DNA from: Callorhinchus milii
Taxonomy: Eukaryota
DNA length: 64,000 nucleotides
Assembly (NCBI RefSeq): GCF_018977255.1
Contig: NW_024704742.1
Location: 58,592,001 to 58,656,000, forward strand
Reading direction: 5' to 3'
The notes under the pieces were generated by a model. That model did not search any database and had not been told where the DNA came from. It saw only the letters and a program-made list of their open reading frames with translations. This document shows positions 13,026 to 24,110 of this stretch, piece by piece. Position numbers and translations under genes: made by a program. How positions within the stretch are numbered: position 1 is the stretch's first letter; each line of letters begins with the position of its first letter.

Positions 13026-16000
13026 AAAAAGGAATGGATGTCTTGTAACCTAATCTCTGGATAAATCAGAATTTTTCTTCCAAAATTATCCTTTGTTATA
13101 CAGGAAATCTCACATAAATTGTATCAGTTGGGACCATACATTTAATATGATTTATGCGAAATATGAGTTATGTGGAATTTATAAATAATAGGAAATTCAA
13201 TGGGACTTGGGCAGATGTACGAATTAGGCGATTATACAATTTATACAGATCAGATTTAAGCGTGTTTTATTGTAATCTGAGTAACTGTAACAATTTAGTG
13301 TTACTTTGTGTCAAAATATAAGAAGTTTTTATAATGTAAATTTACTGTCACTGGAACTGAGCTGAGACCAAACATTTCATTTTGGATCCTCACAGCAAGT
13401 ATACAGTGGAGACTTTCACTGTAATTTGGGCTAGATTCAGATAGGTCACAAAGTGCGTTTATATACTCCAGCAGCCATACCCTGGATTACAATACACTAA
13501 GCCACTCCAGGTACTCTCCACAATTTACTATTGAACACAACACTGCGAGTGTAGTAATATTAATAATAATCATCCTTACATCTGGTATAGTGCCTTTCAC
13601 ATTAGGATGATAGGCCAAAGTGCTTCACAGGATATATGGTGCAGTGACTACGTGCTTTTGTGGGCAAAATAAAACTTGAAAGGTTACTTCTAAATGAAAG
13701 GTGACCAGGCACTTAATGTGGGAAGATGTGTATGAATTTTAAAAGCCACCCTTTAGGAGATTTTTCTCAGAAGAAATCAAACAGATGACAAATCCATTGA
13801 TTATCATTTTGATACAGCAAAGAACCTACACTATTCTCAGAATATAGGGTCTACAACAATTAATTTTTAAATAGAACCCGCTGTCTTCATTTCTAACTGT
13901 TAAATAAATACTAAAACTCTTCAAACCTACCTTCATATAGAGTTAAGGATGTGATCAGGCTGCAGTGCATTTATTGCACCAGCTGGCTATCAATGAACAT
14001 TCATAGGGTCCCTGCTGAAGTTAGCTGCACAAACACTGCATGCCAGCCCCCAGAAAGGATAACCTGTACCATTCATTTCACACTTAAAAAAGGCACACTG
14101 CTCTACACACTTCTTTTCTTTTCCCTCAAGTATAAGAGCTCCGCATGTTTGGCAGTAAATCACTGCAATCTTAGCAGCGTTTCGCCACCCCCACCCCCAA
14201 ATATACAGGATTAATGTGGGTTAATTCAGCAAACTGTGCTGGAGTCTCATTTCCGACATGACTGAAGGGGGTTTCAGAAGCAGTGTGATTTGTCCCATAC
14301 AACATAAACTCAGCGGGTAAGAATTACACTGGCCTCTCTCCCTCGTGATCCAAATGATTGCTTGGGAGCATTCAATGAACCATTTTTAATTGTCGTTTTT
14401 AAAAGAGCTCATCATACAACCAGCTGTTTAATAATCCTTGCATTTATTATAGCTCTTTATCACATCAAAACATCTCAAAACACTTATCAGAGGTTCCTCT
14501 AAAGTGTTGTGACTATGCATTTGCCAGGAGCCAATTTGTGCAGCTATATGCCATAAACAGCTTGGAAGTTAATGACTACTTTTTCATTTGGAGGATTGTT
14601 GGCTGGGATAACAGGAGAAAGCTCTCTTTTCTTTATGATTAGCACCTTGGGATCTTTAACATTCACCTGAACAGGCGGAAGGGATCTCGGTTTAACGTCT
14701 CATTCGAAGGGCTAGCAAAAAAAAGATGTGAAATGAGAGGAAGAGACAGAGAAGAGAATGAGAAAAAAACAAGTGAGTGATACAGTATGTTGGTGCTTCA
14801 AAGTGTTATTATATGGAATCACTTGAAATGGATTTGAGCCCTCAATTTCCTACACTTTGAGCTCCCAATACCGAAATGTGCCATCAGGGGAAGGTAAGCG
14901 GACACCATTCATTTCCCCATGGGCAAGTCATTGCAAACCACTCAATCTCACCTCCCGAACAGAAGCTATCTGCAAATAGAGATGGATATTTCCATCCCCC
15001 TGAGGTTCAACACGTTGTTCAGCTGACGTAGAGAAAGCTGTAAAACATGACTTTTTTTAAAAAAAGGGAAGGAATTGCTATTTGGGAGCTGACAGTTAGA
15101 CACCTCATTTAGAAAATGACAATCTGTATGATTGAAGTTTGAGGACATCTCATCTAATTCTCACCTTGGATGAATAGGCTATTAACACATCTAAAAAAAA
15201 ATTATCTGACTATAATAGGCGTCTAATGGTACAGATTGTATGAATAAAGGTCCTCAAGGTCACTCATAGCCAAAACCTATACTAAATTCATGCGATGTGT
15301 GCTATAGACAATGTTCTACAATTTGCTGTAGAGACTGCCCTTCTTTAAAACTGGGCAGTTGTTACATTAACGGATGCACAATTACACAAGAGTGAATACA
15401 TTTAAAGTTATGAAGATGAAGGTGAAAGTACAAGCTTGTATCAAAATCGCAACTGATGTTTCTTTTCCCCTGAGGCTTGCTGCCTTACTCAATGGGACAG
15501 TATGATTGATACAAGTCAACGGAAGCAAATCCCTTCATTGTATTTTATGGAATTGGAGTGAGAAGTGAGGGGTTCAAAAGCTTGGCCACCACAGCATGAA
15601 GAATGGCTGCCTCGACATTTATCTTGCTGTGAGAGCAACACATCCTTTCTAAGCATTGAATCACATAGTGCAAAACACAGCAATGGACTGTATTTGAGTA
15701 ATAGAATCCAGGGGGAAGAAGTGGAGGCTAATAGAGGCAAAGATGTTCTTCAAGCTGCAGAACTCCAAAATTTATATTCTCTGTGTGACAGAGCACTGTT
15801 TACACAAAGAAGGTTATATTTAAAGAAACGTATTGATAAGAAGATGAGATCAGTAACCAGTAATATGGGATTTGCACTTTTCCTGGGGCCGTTTTTGGTG
15901 TTTGTTAATCACAGAAAAAGGAAAGTGGAGGGCAACAGAATAGGAGTTCACTTCTACTGCTCTCCACTGTTCAAATGTCAATAGATTTAAAACTGTTTGT

Positions 16001-18102
16001 ATGATTTTTCTTTGCTTCTGTCCTTTTCCCCAGAAAAAACACCGTCTGGGAAGCTTCCTGCTGCTGGTTAAGAAAGGGTGACCTTACATTTAGTTTGTAG
16101 GCATAATAGGAATGACCAGGAAGATTCCCTGCCCCAGTAATTTTTTTATTTGCCTATTCACGTGGACGTTAAAGATCTCATTACACCAAATGAAAAAAGA
16201 AGGGAGTTTCTTCCAGTGTTCAGGCTACTAATCTCCCAGATAAAACTTGTCATTCTCACCATGGCTGTTTGTGCGACATTGCTGTGTGATAACTGGCTGC
16301 TGCATTTGCTTACAAAGTATACAGTCGCTACACTTCGCTGAAAAATCCCATAAAACTCTTTTAAGATGTTTAAGAGAGGGTCCCAATAGAGGTGCTTAAA
16401 ATCATAAAAACAATATCAATAAGGTTAATATAAATAGGTTGTTCCCACTTGTTGGGAGAGTCGGTAAGCAGGGAAGATAAGTATACAATAGTGACTTGGG
16501 GATCTAAAAGAGAATTTCTTGCAGAGGGTAGTGAGATTATGGAATATCCTGTCTGATGTGGTGGTTGAATGAAATAGTATAGATGCAGTTACGAGGAAGC
16601 CAGATTTGAAATAGACCCATTGCACAAATGGTTGCTTGCCAAGATAGAAATACATGCAGTTGAAGGAGTCGGTGTGTATCATATATCATGATACCATTTC
16701 TGCGGGTTCCCTTTTGGTCTCAAGTTTGGTAGTGCTGGATTCGAAAGAGAGATAATGTTGGCCAGGACATGAGAAGAACTCCCAGTTCTTCTTTGAAATA
16801 GTAGCGTACCATCTTCAATGCAATATTGAATGCAGCCAGGTTAGTGTGAAACACATTCACCAGCAGCATTCAATATTTATGAATCCTTTGAAAATCCTGC
16901 ATTGCAGATCTCACTAGAGTACTCAGTTGAATAATAATTATAATAGTAATCCTTGCATTTGATATAGTGCCTTAGACCTTAATTGAGACGTCTCAAAGCG
17001 CTTCACGGAGTATACTGTAAAGTGGCTTGACTGTGATTTTGTAGATGCATCTAGCCACCAATGGTGAAAATGTGGCAGATGAAAACTAAAAATTGTAAAA
17101 ATGCGTACAGTACATATAATATACAGTAAATATAATACAATGTATGCAGTATACTGTACCTGCAATCTGATGGCAACTAGTTCAAATGCATCCATGTATG
17201 ATAGTATTATATTACAGTGCCAACTTTCACCATTGGTTTCAGCTTGTACCGAAACAGTGCAAAATGTGACCAAAGAGAAGCTACAAGCCTCCTAATATAA
17301 TATTCAATCTCCATTTTTTTTGTTAACAAAATAAATGAACGCAATCTTACAAATCTAAGTAGCAAAAATGTAGTTAAGGGAGATAATCAGACACTACAAT
17401 ATGCAATCACTACATCCATCGCGGGAAGAAAACAAGATGTGATAGAGGAGAAAATGAGCAAATGCGGGTTATTATTACGTGCTCCATTCAGATCGTATAT
17501 GTCCTCTGGTGATACATTAAAGTATTCTACAATGGTTTGTTTCCCCAAACAGCAAGCCAATATTCATCTAAGAACATCTTGATTTTTTTGAAGCACCTTG
17601 TTTAAATGCAATAGCTGGCAAGCTGCCAATAGAACGATTCTTGAGCACAAATCTCCAATTGAGCAATCCCTGCGTGTGCTCTCCTCTCCACCAGCTGAAG
17701 TAAATGTTATTGGAATTTTTTGTACTGGAAAATTGCTGCTTCCTTGTCTACTGCATCTGACAGCAGCAATTCTTAGTTAAAATATCAAGCCAAGAGACTG
17801 ACTGACCTGGAACTCAGATCTGAATGTGCTTCAACAAAATGGGGGTTAGTATTTGACTGAGCTCTAATGGGTAAGTGACAACAAGATATATGTCAGTGGT
17901 TCACTCAGACAGAGAAAGAGGCTTGTCGTGCAATGAAGCCTTTTGTTAGGACTAAGTGCAGAGAGGAGCTGTTTAGTAAAACGCTACAAGGCAAAATATC
18001 AAGTCGACCAGCGCTTTACAATCGCTCCCAGAATAGAAGATTTGCTCAAAAGTTAGAAAGTGCTAGGAGGCAGAGAAATTCAGAGAGCAGGCAACTTCTT
18101 AC

Positions 18103-18318
18103 CATTGGTGGGGACACAGACTGTGGCTGAACTGGCCTGAGCTAGATATGAGTTTGCATTGTACTCCTCATCATCAGTGTCAGAGTCATGACCCGGATGA
18201 GTGGCACTGTTGCCAAGCATCCGCCTTTGGTTGCCATTGACATTGGGTGATGGAAGTGGGGAATTGGATTGTTCAACAGCTGATGGACTGGATGAAGAGG
18301 AGGATGGCATGGGAGGAC
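18103..18318 (-). CDS. TENM3: Teneurin-3 upstream (probably cassette) coding exon, 216 bp, phase 1-1
   Basis: Acceptor ttttatttttcctcAG at 18320-18319, donor ATG|GTAAGA at 18102-18101. Open frame (G)PPMPSSSSSSPSAVEQSNSPLPSPNVNGNQRRMLGNSATHPGHDSDTDDEEYNANSYLAQASSATVCVPTN joins in frame (G|AA=E) to the 3434 exon. Resembles TENM2 GRPIPPTSSP...DTNPDEEFSPNSYLLRACS. Confidence 0.85.
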
Positions 18319-19554
18319 CTGAGGAAAAATAAAACCAGGTTTTGGTGTGCGATGGCAAAGACATCATCTTTCACTGTCATGCATACAGCAAATAAAACAT
18401 TCAATGGCAAAACTGGATATAAATGGGTATGAAAATCACAAAACAATGAAAAGCAATTTGCAACAATTGTCTCCTGTTATTTAAAGGTGAAGGACAGAAC
18501 GGAACAGATGTTTTGCGGATACTAATCCTTTCTACCAGATGTGGCTGCATTACCCAGCAGAGTGGTGCTAAACAATTACACATATTAATTATCTTCCGTG
18601 AAAAACATTTAAAAAATCACAGTCCATGGATTTCCACAAAGGCAACTGGGGACTGATGAGATATCAGCCGTCTTTCTTGCAACAAGCAGGGAAGTACTTA
18701 AGAAATAACACAGAAGGTAGTACCTTGAGATATGATACCGCAATATAATAGGAGAATTTTCACAAGATTACTTCAGCACTGATCTCTTTAACTAGCACAC
18801 GAAAGGCTTCAAACAGGCAATTGCTCTGCTCGAATCCTAGCACAGGGTCCAAACTGACCCCTTTCTTTCTTCATTAGTGAAAATTAACAGGATGCGTTCT
18901 CATGTTCAACTTATATTGCTTCTGCCAAATGTGAAGCACGATCACACTTCTGCTATTTGCTGGGGCGTGTTATTCCACTCAAAAGGAGTTCTCATTCACC
19001 TGTACTTCATTTTTCTTTTAAATAGCTGCCCTGTCTGATTCGCTACACAAACTAGGTGCTCTGCCAATGTTTAGCTGCACGGTATCCCCTTTAAAAGCCT
19101 GAATCTGTACATGCTATTCTCTTGTCCCATCCCTCAACCACTATCAAATATTTAGAATGCATTTAATCTGGAATGACAACCGTGGAAATTTGCTGCCCTC
19201 TAAACTATTGTCAAAATGAAAGCAGCGGCTGCTATACTGCTCTCATAGAGGAAGGAAGATTTTTTTCTTTTTTTAAAAAAAACTTTTGACAGGTTTGATT
19301 CAGAGCCATGAGAAAAAAGATCCTGTCCCAAGAGTAACTACCAGTCAGCAAGAATGAACATAAAATCTTATACAGATCACTCCCTTTAACACAGCCACTT
19401 TGCTATCAGTACACAAGACAATCATTTCCTAGCTTCATGAATACAGCCATTTTCAATGAGTACATTTTAATACAACTTGAGCAAAAGCAAACACAATTTC
19501 CCATCTCAGCAGAGAAATTAAATCACTAAAATTAAAGTAGCAATGATACGCTTA

Positions 19555-19800
19555 AAAAAAAGTAAAATAGCAATATAGCACACAACATAAACAATAAAAT
19601 AGCAAGAATGGCGTGTAAGATAACAGTAAAATAGCAACAGTTGCATGTAAAATCGCAATGAGAGCACCTAAAATATAAAGTAAAATAGAAACATTAGTAT
19701 GTAAAATGTAAAGTAAAATAAGAAAGATAGTATGTAAAATATAAAGTAAAATAGCACTGACGGCATGTACAATATAAAGTAAAAAAGCATTGATAGCTAG
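19555..19800. repeat. Degenerate AT-rich 33-bp minisatellite
   Basis: Units at 19669, 19702, 19735 and 19768 (taaaatataaagtaaaatag...atg), with more decayed units upstream. Confidence 0.75.
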
Positions 19801-21562
19801 CAAAATAAAAAGGACAACATCTGTAGCAATAAGAGTGTGTAAAATTAAAAGTAAAAATGATCAGTTACTTGCTTTTAATTCTGGAGAAAAAAATGATAAC
19901 TAATAATAATAATATTTGCTTAGCTTTATCCTATCTCCATCTGCCACTTTTCCCAAAACAACAGCAAACTAGGTTCTACATTTCTACGAGGTTAAGGGCT
20001 CAATACAGATTTTTTTTTGACATGCTAAAATGCTTTCCAACAACATTTGTTTTGTTAATTAATAATTCGGAGTTGGAAATAATTACCCCTGTGACTAATT
20101 ATTGTTTCACCTCATTCTGTGATGCTAAGCTGCCACCGATCTGCCACGTATGTGATGTTGTTCACAGCTCAACCTGGAGCAGTGAGAAGCGGCTGAGAAT
20201 ACTGACTGAATACTACGGAAATTACTTTTAACTCTTGCGGAGCGGGGGAAGAGACAGAATTAAAAACAAATGTGGCTCTGACATGACCATCACAGGTGTA
20301 TGTTTCAAAGATCTTATAGCACTGTTCAAAAAGCAAAAGGGATTTTTCCTGGTGTCCTGGCCAAAAATCACCCCCCCCCCCCCCCCCCCCCGATACAAAT
20401 TGGTGATTCCCTGCATGGCTGTTATGAGACATTCCTGAGCCAAATTGGTTGCCGTATTTCGCTTACAAAATACACAGTCCCTACACCTTACAGTAAGTCC
20501 TATGCAATGTTTTGAGATATTCTCCTGACATGAATGGCACATCAAATGCAAGGATTATTATTATGTGAAAAAACTAAATATTTTATAGTATTGTTGAAAG
20601 TATTTCCCTGAAAAAAATCCTTTCTTTTCGTACTTTATATTATAATCATTGACTGCAGTTTTAATAGAAATCTTTCCAATTTGTTAGAATTTTCAGCAGT
20701 TCTGTATAACTCAGGTTGTCGTTTCTTAACAACAATTACAATTCTGTACAGAATTATAGCAATCAAACAAGGATGGTTTACTTTTGTTTCCCAAATACTG
20801 TCCCAAGGTATAATAATTACTTCATTCCAGATGGAATTCAACCCTGTTGTAACAGACAAAAGGGCCGAGAGATAAAAAGCCACTCCGTTTTAATTAATTT
20901 GCATTTTATTAATTCCTGAAACAGCCTTTCATTCAACTGTGAAACTAAACGGTTGAGGAAAATAACAATAAGTGTGTTGGTTTAGAAAAAAGCAATTATT
21001 TCTGGCATCAGTTCACAGTAATGTGTGCAAACCAAAAACGAATGCAAGGGGAAAGAAAACTGTCTCAGTCTTCACGCTAACTGCGCTATAAACTAATAGA
21101 CAAATATTTTGATGTAAGTAACACAGCAGTGTCTCTGTTACTATTTTTTGGACCTCCCCGCTTTTCAAATGCTAAGTTACCTGAAGCAGAAATGGGGAAA
21201 TACACACAAGTGGGATCTTCAGAGGTCATTGCTGCCTGACCACCCTGTGTTTTAGTTGCTGGAGAGACTCATGTTCTGATCTTCATGTACGTATGTATAG
21301 ATTCAAGGGATTTTTCTTAATTATAATAATCCATGCATTTGCACATGATATAGTTAGTGCCTTATCATGTTGTCAAGACGTTTCAAAGAGCTTCGCAGGA
21401 TATGTTTATTGTAAAGTGGTGTGCCTGTGTCTTTTTAAAGGCAAACACGGCAATCAATTTGCACACAGCAACGGCACAAACAGCCATGAAATGAACTCGC
21501 TGTAATCTATGCAGCTCAGAATTAAAAATAATCCTTGCAATTGATATACTGCCATTCATGTT

Positions 21563-21875
21563 AATAATAATAATCTTTGCATTTGATATAGCGCTTTTCA
21601 CATCTTCTAGATGTCTCAAAGCGCTTCACAGAATATGCTGTAAAGTGAATTTGACTGTATATGTGTGGGTGAAACACGGCAGATAATTGCGCACAGCAGT
21701 GTCCTACAAACAGTCGTGGATTGAAAATGACCAATTTATTATTGTTTTTGTTTTTTTGAAGGGATTATTATTAGGCGTGTGGAGTAAAGAAACTTGCCTA
21801 AGGTTTTGCCCTGCCTGGAATCGAACCCAGGTGTCTCGCTTGCAAGGCGAGTGCTCTAACCACCGAGCTAAAGGG
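21563..21875 (-). mobile_element. Young tRNA-Ala-headed SINE, full length, short subtype
   Basis: Reverse strand: tagctcggtggttagagcactcgccttgcaagcgagacacctgggttcgattcc head (anticodon arm ctcgc-ctTGCaa-gcgag) and (att)n tail. Confidence 0.9.
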
Positions 21876-22124
21876 ATGTTGGAAGGATGTCTCATAGCAC
21901 GGGTAAAAATATTTCCTTTTGCAAATTTTTTTTAGCACTTCAAGTCATAGCTAATATTATTGACTGCGGTTTAATTAAAATTTGTTCGCATTTCTAGCAT
22001 TCCTGTGTAACGTCTAGAAGACGTGAAAAGTGCTATATCAAATGCAAGGATTATTATTATTATTATTATAACCCATGCTGTTATTACTTATCCACAATTA
22101 GTGTGTAGAATTGGAGCAATCAAA

Positions 22125-22480
22125 CAAATGCCTCACAGGGTTTACTGTAAAGTGGAGTGATTGTATTATGTAAGGTTGTAGGCGAATATGGCAGCCTATT
22201 TGCACACAGCAATGACCCACAAACAGCCATGAAGTGAAAAAACGATTTTATTTGAGGGATTGTTGGTCAGAACACTGTGACTAATTCCCTTCTCTGTTTC
22301 AATCGTGCCATGGGATCTTTAACGGTCATCTGAACAGGCAGAACATTTAACGTCTCTCATGGCACCTCCGAGAATGTGGGGTTTCTGTAGCACTGCATTG
22401 AATTGTCAGCGTTGTCTATAAAAGTTCAAAGTCCTAATGTGGGATTTGAACTCAAAGCCTTCTGATTCAAATGTGAGACT
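22125..22480 (-). mobile_element. Deu-domain SINE
   Basis: gtgccatgggatctttaac...catctgaacaggcag core in reverse orientation. Confidence 0.7.
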
Positions 22481-22729
22481 CTTTCAGCATTTAGTACGGT
22501 TAATCACTTGACCTTCAATAGACAAGGTAATTATTTTAAAGGGGCAGAGGCATGGTTATCATGTGGGGAGTTGTGCAACCCGGCTCAGCTTCTGGAACAG
22601 TTTTCCACATATGTACAAAGGTAGGAAGTTTTTTGGTAAACAATCCTCTGCAGCAGAAGCTATTCCCTAGTGGTTTAGTCATATAAACATCTTCAGTTAT
22701 ATTTGTAGTTTCAAAGGGCATAAAGAACT

Positions 22730-23120
22730 CTTGCCTCAGGGTCAGAAGGATGAGGTTCAAGTCTTACTTCAGGACATTGAACTCGAGGTCCAGGCTGATA
22801 TAATACAGCACTGGAGGAACGCTGCATTGTCAGTGATGCCGTCCTTTGGATGAGATGTTAAACTCATCCAAGCTGGACATTAAAGATCGCATGGCACTGT
22901 TAAAGAGAGTTTTTGACAGTGTTCTGGTCGACAAACCTCCAGATTAAAATTCCTCATTCACTCCATGGCTGTTTGTGGGATATTACTGTGTGCAAATTGT
23001 CTGCCGCATTCACCTACAAAATACAGTCATTACATTTTGCAGTAAATCCTTTGAGAGAGCTTTGAGATGGCTTGACAATGTGATAAGGCATTAAATCAAA
23101 ATGCAAAAAATATTATTATT
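22730..23120 (+). mobile_element. Deu-domain SINE, near full length
   Basis: B box ggttcaagtc, core tgccgtcctttggatgagatgttaaac...attaaagatcgcatggcac, tail ending tattattatt. Confidence 0.8.
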
Positions 23121-23699
23121 AAAGCAAAGTACACAAGGTGCCATGATGACATTCTTCATGCACGCAATGCCAAAAAAAAAATATTAAATGCCTTCGCTTT
23201 ACAGCCAGGTCCCTTTAAGAAAAGCTCTTTAGCGGATAGCAGAAAGGCTATTCGATCTGTGAGCCAAGATTTTACAAGTTCTTCAATTGGTTGTACTACA
23301 GCTGGCTTCAAGACACTGAAATTTAGACCCTGGCACTCTTGTGAGATTTCAGGACTCTATCGTAATCCCTTTAATTCCACACATTGATACTTGGAATTCT
23401 TCCAAATAATATATTATAAACTGAAGATGACCTGTGTTTGCATTATTGGAGGATGCACATAATTTTTACCCTGAGGTGAAAAGAATTTACACAATTGAAG
23501 ATTTTTCTTTGTTGAGGTCCGAAGGGTTACGTGCTCGATAATATTCAAAAGATCATTCAGCATTCCCAATAAAGGGATTAACATTTTTAAAGTGGTATAA
23601 ATTGAGCACACGCTTCTCTGTGCCGAGGGTATAGGGTAATCGGCGATGCTGGTCCGAAGCTTTTAATGAGCAAACTATTGAATAGACGTTGCATATTAA

Positions 23700-24110
23700 T
23701 ACAAAAAAAACTTACAGTTGATATAACGCCTTTCATGTTGAGAGGACATCTCAAAGCGCTTCACAGGATTTGTGTTTTGAAGATGAATGTGGCAGCCAAT
23801 TTGCACACAGCAACGTCCCACAAACAGCCGTGCAGTAAGTGACCAATTTACTAAACCACTGGGGCTTTTTGGGCAGGACACCAGGAGAAACTCTTCTCTT
23901 TACAAATTATGCCATGGGATCTTTAATGACCTGAAACTACGGTTTAACTTCTCACCCGAAGGACAGCACCTCCAACAATGCAGTGCATTCCCCAACACTG
24001 CATTGGAGTGTCAGCATCGTCTATATAAGTTTAAAGTCCCAATGTGGTACTTGAACCGATAACCTTTTAACTCGGAGGTGAGAATACAACCAACTAAACC
24101 AGACTGACAC
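23700..24110 (-). mobile_element. Deu-domain SINE, near full length
   Basis: tgccatgggatctttaatgacc...cggtttaacttctcacccgaaggacagcacctccaacaatgcagtgc is the reverse Deu core. Confidence 0.8.

Noticed and set aside
19555..19800. CRISPR-like array or membrane-protein ORF 19552-19803
   Set aside because: Degenerate tandem units without unique spacers in eukaryotic DNA; the ILLYILH repeats are a reading of the minisatellite.
20371..20391. C21 homopolymer (G21 on the transcribed strand) as a functional G-quadruplex
   Set aside because: It is an expansion of the short C-run in a Deu SINE copy, with no evidence of function.
23470..23584. Possible alternative first exon MLIPLLGMLND...SPQG with a phase-1 AGG|GTAAAA
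   Set aside because: Weak donor, no homology and no other support.
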